Notes under the pieces: generated by a model
What the model was told of the DNA's origin: nothing
Database searches by the model: none
The model's input: the letters and a program-made list of their open reading frames with translations, nothing else
Program-made: the position numbers and the translations under genes
Shown here: positions 8,893-18,010 of the stretch, piece by piece
Layout of the letters: every line of letters begins with the position of its first letter
Numbering within the stretch: the stretch's first letter is position 1
IMG/VR virus record: IMGVR_UViG_3300009082_000002
Span: 43,407 to 107,406 of that record
Strand: one strand, 5' to 3'
Length of the DNA: 64,000 nucleotides
From: a virus

Positions 8893-9177
8893 ATGAAGAC
8901 CAAGAAGACCGGCCCCAGCAAGCGCGACGTCGCCTTCGCGCTCACGTCAACCCAGGCCCAGATCGTCCAGACCGCTGGCCGGCTGGCGCGCGCCTTCGAC
9001 CCAGCGCAGCAGGCCGAGCTGGTCGAGGAGCTGGAGTGCCTGAAGCGCGCGGAGCGTGGCTTCCGCGCTGTGCTGCGCAGCTTCCAGCCCGAGCAGGAGC
9101 CCGCGCCGCGCTTCTCCAGCCGGCCCCAGCTGCCCCAGGCGCTCACGGTCATCCGCCGGCCGCTCGCGGCCTGCTAA
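8893..9177 (+). CDS. hypothetical early protein
   Basis: GGAGG SD. Confidence 0.6.
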   Translation: MKTKKTGPSKRDVAFALTSTQAQIVQTAGRLARAFDPAQQAELVEELECLKRAERGFRAVLRSFQPEQEPAPRFSSRPQLPQALTVIRRPLAAC

Positions 9178-9189
9178 CAGGAGGAAAAG

Positions 9190-9429
9190 ATGAAGACCAG
9201 CAGTGCACAGCTCGCAGCCCTGCGCAAGATCCGTTCCTGCGGCGGGTGGATAGTCATCGGCCTCGGGATCTCAAGGACCATGGCCCGCGCGTTGGAACGG
9301 CGCGGGCTGGCTGTCGTCACCGGCCAGCCGATGACCCAAGCGGATCTGGAGTGGCGGGCCATCACGGAGCAGATCGGGCGCGTGGCACTGACCAAGGCGG
9401 GTGCGAAGCTCGCAGAGCAGGAGGGCTAA
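9190..9429 (+). CDS. hypothetical early protein, possible winged helix
   Basis: AGGAGG SD; ARALERRGLA...LTKAG pattern. Confidence 0.55.
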   Translation: MKTSSAQLAALRKIRSCGGWIVIGLGISRTMARALERRGLAVVTGQPMTQADLEWRAITEQIGRVALTKAGAKLAEQEG

Positions 9430-9432
9430 CCG

Positions 9433-9663
9433 ATGAAGGACAACCAGACACCGAAGGCAATCCAGAACGCACGTGATGCCCGCGCCGAGTACGATGCCAC
9501 CGAGAAGCGCTGCCGCGCAGTGCTCGACGCGATCCGCCTGCGGCTCGACGCCGAGACCGTGGGCGCGAAGAACTGGGCCGAGGTCGGCAGCCTGGGCCAC
9601 GTTGAGGAACTGCTCGGCGAGGTCGCGGCCTTCCTGGACTGCCCGGGCTACCGTGACCGCTAG
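9433..9663 (+). CDS. hypothetical helical early protein
   Basis: GGAGG SD; NWAEVGSLGHV motif. Confidence 0.6.
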   Translation: MKDNQTPKAIQNARDARAEYDATEKRCRAVLDAIRLRLDAETVGAKNWAEVGSLGHVEELLGEVAAFLDCPGYRDR

Positions 9664-9756
9664 CTTCCCGCCCCCGCGCCTGATCGCTGGCCCAGCCGCG
9701 CAAAAGCCGAAAATCCCGCTGGTCAACTGCGCGGAATCCTTGCCGAAACAAAAAAA

Positions 9757-9841
9757 CTAAAAAAAATCCTTTACAAGCAATCAGCACCGTGTATAATGGG
9801 AACCATGGAAAGCAAGAACCGCAAGCGGGAGAAGAAAATGG
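9757..9841 (+). promoter_or_regulatory. early promoter/leader repeat, copy 2
   Basis: A-tract, TTTACA(9770)-N16-TATAAT(9792), same leader and RBS as copy 1. Confidence 0.85.
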
Positions 9842-10233
9842 CAAAGGCAACGGCCAACGGCAGCCACGGTGCGAAGTGGATAAGACGCGAGAAGCGGCTC
9901 GCGATTTACATCCGCGACGGGCTCTGCTGCTGTTACTGCGGGGCGAGCGTCGAAGACGGCACGGCGCTCACGCTGGACCACATCAAGCCGCGTGGCAAGG
10001 GCGGAAGCCACGACCAGACCAATCTGGTGACTTCCTGCCTGCGCTGCAACTCCGCGCGGGGCGACCGGCCGCTGGCCACCTTCGCCCGCGCGGTCGCAGA
10101 GTACTGCAACGATCGGACCGCGGACCAGATCGTGAAGACGGTAAACCGCCTCCGCCGCCGGGTGCTCGACGTGCCCGCTGCGAAGGCGCTCATCAGCAAG
10201 CGCGGCTCCTACGCTGCCGCGCTCAACAAGTAG
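9838..10233 (+). CDS. HNH endonuclease
   Basis: RDGLCCCYCG, LTLDHIKPRGKGG, NLVTSCLRCN. Confidence 0.9.
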   Translation: MAKATANGSHGAKWIRREKRLAIYIRDGLCCCYCGASVEDGTALTLDHIKPRGKGGSHDQTNLVTSCLRCNSARGDRPLATFARAVAEYCNDRTADQIVKTVNRLRRRVLDVPAAKALISKRGSYAAALNK

Positions 10234-10246
10234 GGAGGATGCAAGG

Positions 10247-10717
10247 ATGAAGACCAAGGATCTGGAGCCCGGGATGGTGGTCGCCGTGGGGTCAGTGCAG
10301 GACTTCGAGAACGGATGGTGCCAGCGCGCGATGGTCGTCGAGGTCGGCAACTGGGAGGCGGACGGCCGTTTCCACAGGATCATCCGCCGGCCGGGCGCGA
10401 CCGGCATCGCGCTGGCCATCGCGTACCAGCGGGACGGCAAGCCCACCGAGTGGAACAGAGTCGTCAAGCTCGCGAACCAGATCCGTTGCACCTGGGAAGC
10501 GTACCTGGAGCACGGAGAGCTGGTGGAGGCGCGCAAGGCGCAGGCGCTCAAAGCCAAGGCGCAGGGCGAGGCCAGGCGGGATGAACTGGTCAAGAAGCTC
10601 TCGGAGCTGCTGGGTGTGCCCTGCCGGGTCGCCTTCGAGCGCATCGGCGGAAACTACGTGCCAGGCCACATTGCCATCAACTTCAGCGACGCCGAGTCGC
10701 TGGTCGACACGCTCTAG
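10247..10717 (+). CDS. hypothetical protein
   Basis: GGAGG SD. Confidence 0.6.
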   Translation: MKTKDLEPGMVVAVGSVQDFENGWCQRAMVVEVGNWEADGRFHRIIRRPGATGIALAIAYQRDGKPTEWNRVVKLANQIRCTWEAYLEHGELVEARKAQALKAKAQGEARRDELVKKLSELLGVPCRVAFERIGGNYVPGHIAINFSDAESLVDTL

Positions 10718-10735
10718 GGCGTGGTGGAGGACGTC

Positions 10736-11944
10736 ATGCGCGAGACTTACGAAATCCCGGTGAGCCGCTTGGAAGAGCTGAAGGACCGGATGGCCAAGGT
10801 CAACAAGGTCGCCGACAAGCTCGGCTGCGCGCCGGTCAAGCTCTTCGAGGGCGACGAGATCGTCCGCGACCATCCGGAGGACGGGCACAAGCCCGAGCAC
10901 CTGCGGCGTAAGGTGAAGTTCATCGCGGTCACCATCGAAGGCGAGACGCCGATGATCGCTGGCTACACCTTCCGGGCAACGCTGCTTCACACCTACGGCG
11001 AGGAGGCTGGCACCATCATCCTCGCAGTGCCAGGCTACTCGAAGGATCTGCCGCCGCAATACCGCGAGGCCAGCGCGACCTGCGACCATTGCGGACACGA
11101 CCGCAAGCGCAAGAAGACCTACGTCCTTCAACACGAGGACGGCTCCTGGATTCAAGTCGGCTCGACGTGTATCTCGGACTTCCTCGGCGGCGCTCACGAC
11201 CCGGACCGCGTGGCGAGTCTCTGCGAGGGTCTGGGCAAGCTGGTCGCGTTCTGTCGCACGGCGGCACGGGAGCCGGGCGATACCGCGGAGCCGATCTTCG
11301 ACCTCGTCGCGTACCTTGCGATCGTGATCGCGGTTGTTCGAGAGCACGGCTGGGTCAGCAAGGCGGTCGCGAGGCGCAGCGCGAGCACGGCGACGGTTGC
11401 GCGGGTCGACGCCCGCCTCTTCGGCCTGAACACGGATGCTAGCCCTTCCTTCACGGAAGACGACAAGACGCGGGCCGAAGGCATCGCGGCGTGGATGGAG
11501 AACCTCGGCGAGCGACCGGATCTCAACGACTACATGCACAACCTCTCGGTCATCGGCGCGGCCGGATACGTTGGCCTGAAGACCTCCGCGCTGGCTGCAT
11601 CCGCGCCCGCCGCCTTCGCACGGGAGTCGGACGACAGCAAGCCCGCCGAGATCCCGAGTCGTGGCAACGCTTACTTCGGCACGCTGGGCGAGCGCGAGAC
11701 CTTCACGCTCACGGTCACGCGGATCGGCACATTTGACGGCCGCTATGGTCGCACCTGGGTCGTCGGCTTCGCGGATGCGGATGGCAACGAGGGAGTCTGG
11801 TTCGCGACCAAGGAGCCGGAGATCGCGCGCGGCGACTGCTGCGCGGTCACGGGCACGGTCAAGAAGCACGGCAGCTTCCGGGGCATCAAACAGACCACCC
11901 TGGCGCGCTGCAAGGTCGTCGTCGTCAAACGGTGTGCTGCATAG
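10736..11944 (+). CDS. phage protein with Zn-binding motif and C-terminal OB-fold-like domain
   Basis: CDHCG...QVGSTC; C-terminal YFGTLGER...VTGTVKKH...QTTLARC. Confidence 0.65.
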   Translation: MRETYEIPVSRLEELKDRMAKVNKVADKLGCAPVKLFEGDEIVRDHPEDGHKPEHLRRKVKFIAVTIEGETPMIAGYTFRATLLHTYGEEAGTIILAVPGYSKDLPPQYREASATCDHCGHDRKRKKTYVLQHEDGSWIQVGSTCISDFLGGAHDPDRVASLCEGLGKLVAFCRTAAREPGDTAEPIFDLVAYLAIVIAVVREHGWVSKAVARRSASTATVARVDARLFGLNTDASPSFTEDDKTRAEGIAAWMENLGERPDLNDYMHNLSVIGAAGYVGLKTSALAASAPAAFARESDDSKPAEIPSRGNAYFGTLGERETFTLTVTRIGTFDGRYGRTWVVGFADADGNEGVWFATKEPEIARGDCCAVTGTVKKHGSFRGIKQTTLARCKVVVVKRCAA

Positions 11945-11960
11945 CAGCCGCAGGAAAACA

Positions 11961-11988
11961 GCGGGGCGGGCGGTACCGCCCGCCCCGC
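11961..11988. repeat. perfect 28-bp palindrome
   Basis: gcggggcgggcggt|accgcccgccccgc, immediately 5' of the SD of 12004. Confidence 0.85.
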
Positions 11989-12003
11989 GCGGGAGGAGAA
12001 GTC

Positions 12004-12675
12004 ATGCCGAGGATCAACACCGTGAAGAAGGCCAGGAAGGATCAGGGCGCCTGCTCGAAGTGCGGCAAGCAGATCGTTGTCGGAAGCCCGTACCAGTGGA
12101 TCGCTTTTCGCCACGGTGGGCGCCGCGTGATCTGCGACGGCTGCACGTTTCGCGCCAGCGACCTCACGCAGTCGAAGATGAGCGGCGTCTATGCCGCGCA
12201 GGAGAGCGCGGTTGAAAGCATCGGCAGCTGGGACGGCGAGGACGTGGAAGAACTCCGAGACATCCTTCAGGCCTGCGCGGAAGCGATCCGCGAGGTGGCG
12301 CAGGAGTACCAAGACAGCGCGGACGCGATCCACGATAGTTTTTGCGAGTCCGCCACTGCGGACGAGTGCGAGGAGAAGGCGCAGGAGCTGGAGAGCTGGG
12401 CAGACATGATCGAGGGCACCGAGTTCGATGAGTTCGACGAGGATGAGCACCGGAGCAAGTTGACCGAGGAGTTCGAGGGCTTGGAGCCAGATTATGCCTG
12501 CGAGGCGTGCAATGGCGTCGGGCATGACGTGGCCGGCGCGGGGTGCCAGGCGTGCGGCGGTACCGGGAACACCATCGCCGCAGAGATCGAGGACCGGCTG
12601 GAGAAGATGAAAGCCGACTGGGTCCAGGAGCAGTGCGACGAGGCGTCCAGCGTCCTGGAAGATTGCCCCTGCTAG
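12004..12675 (+). CDS. hypothetical protein with Zn-finger motifs and acidic helical region
   Basis: CSKCG; DnaJ-like CEACNGVG / CQACGGTG; GGAGG SD. Confidence 0.65.
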   Translation: MPRINTVKKARKDQGACSKCGKQIVVGSPYQWIAFRHGGRRVICDGCTFRASDLTQSKMSGVYAAQESAVESIGSWDGEDVEELRDILQACAEAIREVAQEYQDSADAIHDSFCESATADECEEKAQELESWADMIEGTEFDEFDEDEHRSKLTEEFEGLEPDYACEACNGVGHDVAGAGCQACGGTGNTIAAEIEDRLEKMKADWVQEQCDEASSVLEDCPC

Positions 12676-12701
12676 CGCAGGGCGCGGAAGGAGACTGGAA
12701 G

Positions 12702-12971
12702 TTGACGAGCGGGACAGACAAAGTCATCGAGGCCCTCGCGGACATGGCCAACGGCGCGCGCACTGTGTACACGCCGCAGGCCAAGCAGATCGCTTCAGCA
12801 ATGCGGAGCCTTGTTGGCCGCTGTTGCTGCAGCGGGACGGACCGGGCGCAGCTCGACAAGCTCGCGGACGCGGCCGAGCCGATGATCATCATGCTCGCGC
12901 AGAAGATCGCAGCCGATGCTCTGGCGCTGGCAGAGGCCGTCGTCGAGCGCGGCGAGGTTGAAGAGAACTGA
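12702..12971 (+). CDS. hypothetical protein
   Basis: AAGGAG SD before TTG. Confidence 0.5.
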   Translation: MTSGTDKVIEALADMANGARTVYTPQAKQIASAMRSLVGRCCCSGTDRAQLDKLADAAEPMIIMLAQKIAADALALAEAVVERGEVEEN

Positions 12972-12997
12972 TGCCGGAAGGCGAGGAGGATGGAAGG

Positions 12998-13384
12998 ATG
13001 ATCACGAGCATCGACAGACGGGCATGCAAATTGATTATGCAGGAGTGTGGCGAAGCGTTGACCGCGGTCGCGGCGCGGCACGGCCTCAACCTCACCAAGC
13101 GTCCCGGTCGCTTCACCAACGCGATGATGACCTTCAAGTGCGAGTTCGTGGTTCAGAACGAGGAAGGCATCCCGGCTGACTTCATCGCGCACGCCAACCG
13201 CTTCGGGCTTCGCGCAACGGACCACGGGCGCGAGTTCAAAATGATGGGTGGTGCAATCGCCATCCTGGTCGGTATCAACCCGCACGCCAAGAAGTATCCG
13301 ATGATCGGCGAGCGGCGCAGCGACGGCCAGCGCTTCCGCTTCTCCGCACACTTCATTCGCGAGCAGTTCGCCAGTCCAGAGTAG
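12998..13384 (+). CDS. hypothetical phage protein
   Basis: GAGGAGG SD; ends just before hairpins. Confidence 0.6.
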   Translation: MITSIDRRACKLIMQECGEALTAVAARHGLNLTKRPGRFTNAMMTFKCEFVVQNEEGIPADFIAHANRFGLRATDHGREFKMMGGAIAILVGINPHAKKYPMIGERRSDGQRFRFSAHFIREQFASPE

Positions 13385-13436
13385 CTCACCGGCCCTAGCC
13401 GCTGGTTAGCGTCCTGCCAGCTAGCGGCCCCCACGC

Positions 13437-13462
13437 AGGCCAGCCCTCGGGCTGGCCTTTCT
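13437..13462 (+). terminator. putative intrinsic terminator ending the early cassette
   Basis: aggccagccc-tc-gggctggcct followed by ttct; lies between convergent genes. Confidence 0.55.
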
Positions 13463-13510
13463 ATGTGCGGACCAGGCTTGACCAGGGCGCGCCAGGCGCG
13501 CGAACCGGGT

Positions 13511-13900
13511 CTAGGCTGGACGCTTGCGCGTGACGAGGCGTGTGCGCTCCCTGGCGCGCTCCGGTTGGCTGGCTTGTCCTGCGCTGGCGTGAGTGCCCCC
13601 CGCGGCTTCGGTTTTCCGGTGGAGCTTCCGCAAGTACTCCTGCCAGCGGTCATACACGCGCTGGCAGTCGCGGTCGACGAAAGTTGCGAAGGGGACTTTG
13701 ATCTTCTTGCCGGTGCTCGGGTCGCTGACGATGAGATCGTAGGATGTAAGGATGCGGACGTTGAGCATCGCGCCGCTGACCAGCCGCGAGAGGTTGAAGA
13801 AGTACCAGTGCTGGACGTCAGGCGTCAGCCAGCGTCCGTCCGACGTCTGACAGCACTTGGCTTCCTGTACGAGCGGAAGATCGAACCCGAGGTCCTTCAT
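13511..13900 (-). CDS. hypothetical protein
   Basis: GGAGG SD on the - strand before MKDLGFDLPL; one of only two credible - strand genes. Confidence 0.55.
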   Translation of the reverse strand: MKDLGFDLPLVQEAKCCQTSDGRWLTPDVQHWYFFNLSRLVSGAMLNVRILTSYDLIVSDPSTGKKIKVPFATFVDRDCQRVYDRWQEYLRKLHRKTEAAGGTHASAGQASQPERARERTRLVTRKRPA

Positions 13901-14276
13901 CGCGCCTCCCCTCCGATCAGGTTGCGTGCAAGCCGATCCGCGCCGGGCCCCATTCTCAATTTGCACGTTGACGGCGAGTGCAGCAGGCGCACCAGACATT
14001 CCTTGCGTCTGGTCCGAGCCTGAACTTTCATCGCAGGCCTCCGGCGGATAGTTCGCGAACTGCGAGCCGCACGAACGATAGAAGGGACTTGCGCGGCTCG
14101 GCGCGTCCCGTCTATACTTGCTGGCGAGATGCGCCAGGAGGTTCGGATGTTCTGGTCTGGGTGGGTCGACGTGGTACGGTCGAGATCAGGGACAAGTTCC
14201 CCCCCCTTGGCTTTGGTCGAAGCCGTGTCGGCCCACCCGCTTTCTCACCTAGACAAGAGACGAGGGAGCGTGCTAC

Positions 14277-14693
14277 ATGGGCGAGCGTGAGTACACCGAC
14301 GCTGATCTCGGACTCGATTTCATCACCAGCCGCCGAGGCGCGACTGACCTCCGCGAGCTGGTGGTTGTCGGCTTCACAAAACAGGGTGCCGCAATCAAGC
14401 AACTCGGACGGGACGTCGAGCGCCTGGAGAGCGTGATGGTAACCGACGAGTCCTGCAAGGTGCGCATTCTGCAATTAGCAGCGGATGTCGGCAAAGTGGT
14501 CAAAGCCGAGACGAAGGAAGCGATCCAACAGGCAACCAGAGCAGCGGTCATGGATGCTACCACGGAGGCGGTGCGCAGGTCGAACGGATACAAGCCGTTC
14601 TGGCCGGTCGATGCGCGCGGCTGGTTAGCGCTCGCAGTCATGTTCGTCACCTTCCTCGGCTGGGTCGGTGCCAACGTCCTGCTCCTGAAGTAG
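14277..14693 (+). CDS. hypothetical protein with C-terminal transmembrane helix
   Basis: GGGAG SD; WLALAVMFVTFLGWVGANVLLL. Confidence 0.6.
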   Translation: MGEREYTDADLGLDFITSRRGATDLRELVVVGFTKQGAAIKQLGRDVERLESVMVTDESCKVRILQLAADVGKVVKAETKEAIQQATRAAVMDATTEAVRRSNGYKPFWPVDARGWLALAVMFVTFLGWVGANVLLLK

Positions 14694-14714
14694 CGCGCGC
14701 CTCGGGGGGTGTCG

Positions 14715-16163
14715 ATGGCCAGTGCGTCAGCTAAAGCGATCCGTGTCGACGAGAAGGAAGAGCTCGTCCGCGCCTTTGGCGAGTATGAGGCCATCTCCAA
14801 TGAGACCCTACGACGCGAGATTCTGCTCAACAGCCGATTCGACCTGCTCGCGGAATACGTGCTTGGCATCGAGCTGGAGCAAGTCCACCGTGAGCTGATC
14901 GCATACGCGCTCGAACACCCGGAGTCTCTGCACCTTGCCTTCCGTGGTTGCGGGAAGACGACTTCCTTCGTCTGCGTGTACATTGTCGGCCGCTTGCTTC
15001 AGAACCCGGAGCTTTGTATCCTGATCGCATCGCGCGCCGGACAGTACGCCAAGGCGATCTTGAAAGAGGTCAAGGGCCACCTAGTCAGCGAGCGGCTGGT
15101 CAGGATCTTCGGCGAGCAGATTGGCGAGAAGTGGGAAGAGACCGAGATCGTCGTCGGGCGAAAGAAGCGAAATACGAAGGAAGCCTCGGTCACGGCGCTC
15201 GGCGCCGAGGGCTCGATGACCGGTCGGCACTTCGACATCATCTTCTTCGACGATGGCGTGGACTTGGCGAACAGCCGCACGCGTGGCCAGCGCGAGAAGA
15301 TCAAGGAATTCTACTACACGACTCTCGACCCGTGCCTGAAGCCGGGTGGAGAGCGCAAGGTCGTCGGCACACGCTACCATCCGCACGACCTCTATGGCTG
15401 GCTCTCCGCTCACGAGTACAAAGGTTGTGCGCAGATCCTTCCGGCCCTGCACGAGGTCCGCGATGGCGGCGGATCGGTCACATACTACTCCAGCGCGCCA
15501 AAGCGCTTCACAGTCGAGTACCTCCTGGGCAAGCGATCCACGATCCCGACCTTCTCGTGGGTCACGCAGTTCCAGTGCACGGCGGAGCGGTTCCAGGGCA
15601 AGGTCTTCAAGCCGGAGTACTTCGAGGCCGAGGGCTTCTTCTTCACCGGCCCATTGCCGACCGGCCCTCTCTTCCAGTCCGTCGACCCTGCCGTGACCGA
15701 GGACACAAAGAATGACTACTTCGCCCACATGACTGGCGTCGCTGATCACGAGGGCCACGTATGGGTCGACGTCTTCCACAACATCCGTATCGAGTTTCCG
15801 AAGCAATCGCAGTTTTGCCACGATGAATTTGAGGCGCGCGATCCGGTGCGACTTGGTATCGAGAGCAACGCATACCAGAAGGCGCTCGGCCAGCAAATTG
15901 TCGCCGACTACCCGGACCTCAAGGGCAAGGTGATCGGCGTTCCGACCGACAAGGACAAGATGACTCGGGCCCTGAAGTTGACAGCCTATTTTGAGGCGGG
16001 CAGAATCCACTTCAGACCGGAGCACAAGGAACTCGTCGAGCAACTGCTGGAGTTCCCGGACGGAGAACACGATGATCTTTTCGACGCCCTGTATCTGCTA
16101 GTCTTGCTCGGGACGCGGATGCGGGTGAAGAAGAAGCGGCGCAAAGAGCCGGGCGTCCTTTGA
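14715..16163 (+). CDS. terL: terminase large subunit
   Basis: Walker A FRGCGKT, Walker B IIFFDD, GTRYH, nuclease SVDPA, IESN, FPDGEHDDLFDA. Confidence 0.95.
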   Translation: MASASAKAIRVDEKEELVRAFGEYEAISNETLRREILLNSRFDLLAEYVLGIELEQVHRELIAYALEHPESLHLAFRGCGKTTSFVCVYIVGRLLQNPELCILIASRAGQYAKAILKEVKGHLVSERLVRIFGEQIGEKWEETEIVVGRKKRNTKEASVTALGAEGSMTGRHFDIIFFDDGVDLANSRTRGQREKIKEFYYTTLDPCLKPGGERKVVGTRYHPHDLYGWLSAHEYKGCAQILPALHEVRDGGGSVTYYSSAPKRFTVEYLLGKRSTIPTFSWVTQFQCTAERFQGKVFKPEYFEAEGFFFTGPLPTGPLFQSVDPAVTEDTKNDYFAHMTGVADHEGHVWVDVFHNIRIEFPKQSQFCHDEFEARDPVRLGIESNAYQKALGQQIVADYPDLKGKVIGVPTDKDKMTRALKLTAYFEAGRIHFRPEHKELVEQLLEFPDGEHDDLFDALYLLVLLGTRMRVKKKRRKEPGVL

Positions 16164-16174
16164 AGGGAGCAGGC

Positions 16175-18001
16175 ATGGCAGATCAGAAGGTGGTGAGGAT
16201 GCGACGGCGCCCGGTCGTGGGCTCCGCGAAGTCTTCTCCCAGCGACGCAGTCGAGAGCGGTGCAGTTCACATCGTGGACCACGCGTCTCGAGCTGTCGTC
16301 AAGGCGCTGGTGATCGAGGCCGACGCGGAGAAGGTGCCGGTGCCGACGTCCCAGGTCATGCCCGACGATCCCTTTCAGTCGCTCCTCGACAACCGTCAGA
16401 TCCTCGCGCCGCCACTCGACCCGCGGCTGCTCGCGTCGCTGTGGGAGTACAACTCCCACCTCGGCCCGTGCATCGCGACGATGATGGTCAACTGCGAGAG
16501 CTTCGGCTATCAGTTCGAGCCTCGCATCCGCGTCAACGAGGACACGTCGAAGGCGGTGCGCCAGCGCATCGAAGAGGAGCGCCTCATCCTCGACAACTTC
16601 TTCGGCAACTGCGTGATCGAGGGCGACGACAGCTTCACCGGTCTACGGATGCGGAAGCGGCAAGACGAGGAGGCCATCGGCTTCGCGGCGTGGGAGGTCA
16701 TCGAGGTCAACGGCGACCTTCTCGGCTTCAACTACATGCCAGCTCATACCGTCCGGCTGACGGGGCTCGACGAAAAGCGGGTCCGTATCGGGCGCAAGCT
16801 CCTCGTCCGCGGGGCCAGCGGTGTCTTCTCCTACGTCGAGCGACCGGTCTGGCGGCGGTTCCGCAAGTTCGTCCAGGTGCGCGGGACCAAGATGAGGTGG
16901 TTCAAGGAGTACGGCGACCCGCGCATGATGAACGCGGACTCTGGCGAGTACGTCGACGACCCCGCCAAGCTCCCGGTTCACAAGCGGGCCAACTCCGTCC
17001 TCTTCTTCGCGCTGCCCGCGCCGCGCACGCCATACGGCATCCCGCGCTACATCGGCAATCTTCTCGGGGTCTACGGCTCGCGCGCGACCGACGAGATCAA
17101 CTTCTTCACCTTCGAGAGCAACAACGTGCCGTCGATGGTCGTGATGGTCAGCAACGGGATGCTGACCGAGGGCTCGGTGGATCGGATTCAGAAGTTCGTT
17201 GAAGCGCAGGCCAACGGCCAGCGGAACTACAGCCGCTTTCTCATCCTCGAAGCGGAGACCGACAGCGAAGGTCTCGGCGACCCGGGCCGCGTCGCGCTCC
17301 ATATCGAGCCGCTCACGAATCAGCAGCGGACCGACGCTCTCTTCACCGAGTACAAGAAGCAGTGCAAGTCCGATGTGCGTCAGAGCTTTCGCATCCCGGA
17401 CCTTTTCTTCGGCGAAGCCTCATCGTCTGCCGGAGGCGCGGTCGGCGCGATGGAGATCATGAGAAAGCTCACGGATGAACAGGTCTTCATGCCGGAGCGC
17501 AACGCCTTCGACGACCGCATCAACAAGCTCATCATTCCGGCGCTGGGCGTGGTCTATCTGAAGTTCAAGAGCAACACGCCGGAGACGACGGACAACAAGG
17601 ATCTCATCCGCATTCTCGCAATGGCCGAGAAGTCCGGTGGCGTCACCCCACGGATCGCTCGCGAGGTACTCAACCGCGTGGTCGGGCAGAACCTCGGCGA
17701 CGTCACGGATATCGAGCCCGACGTCCCCTTCTCGCTCCAGGTCGCGGAAGCTGCACGCAGTCAAGGCGATCCGCGCACAGCGCTCTCCGTGCCCGGTACC
17801 AACTCGCTCCGCAGGATGGGCGCGACGACCCGCGCCGAGCTAGGGCTGGAGTCCACGGCCAAGGCGGAGGACGGCGACGAACCGTGGGAAGGCGAGGCCG
17901 TCATCGCAAGCCTCGGCTTGCTCCACAACAAGATCGCCGAGGAGCAAGCTCGCCGCGCTGGCAAGATGGTCAAGCGCGAGCGGCCGAAGCCCGTCGAGTA
18001 G
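16175..18001 (+). CDS. portal protein (PBSX-like)
   Basis: Directly after TerL; YGIPRYIG, FESNNVP, VRQSFRIP pattern. Confidence 0.9.
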   Translation: MADQKVVRMRRRPVVGSAKSSPSDAVESGAVHIVDHASRAVVKALVIEADAEKVPVPTSQVMPDDPFQSLLDNRQILAPPLDPRLLASLWEYNSHLGPCIATMMVNCESFGYQFEPRIRVNEDTSKAVRQRIEEERLILDNFFGNCVIEGDDSFTGLRMRKRQDEEAIGFAAWEVIEVNGDLLGFNYMPAHTVRLTGLDEKRVRIGRKLLVRGASGVFSYVERPVWRRFRKFVQVRGTKMRWFKEYGDPRMMNADSGEYVDDPAKLPVHKRANSVLFFALPAPRTPYGIPRYIGNLLGVYGSRATDEINFFTFESNNVPSMVVMVSNGMLTEGSVDRIQKFVEAQANGQRNYSRFLILEAETDSEGLGDPGRVALHIEPLTNQQRTDALFTEYKKQCKSDVRQSFRIPDLFFGEASSSAGGAVGAMEIMRKLTDEQVFMPERNAFDDRINKLIIPALGVVYLKFKSNTPETTDNKDLIRILAMAEKSGGVTPRIAREVLNRVVGQNLGDVTDIEPDVPFSLQVAEAARSQGDPRTALSVPGTNSLRRMGATTRAELGLESTAKAEDGDEPWEGEAVIASLGLLHNKIAEEQARRAGKMVKRERPKPVE

Positions 18002-18010
18002 GATCGAAGG

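Noticed and set aside
8359-9841. Promoter repeats as a CRISPR array, att sites or transposon ends
   Set aside because: Only two copies 1.4 kb apart with clear promoter/RBS content; no cas, integrase or transposase gene in the window
13900-14276. tRNA or structured ncRNA in the divergent intergenic gap
   Set aside because: No cloverleaf or recognisable motif by eye; only a weak TTGCGC-N18-TATACT promoter candidate at 14089-14118
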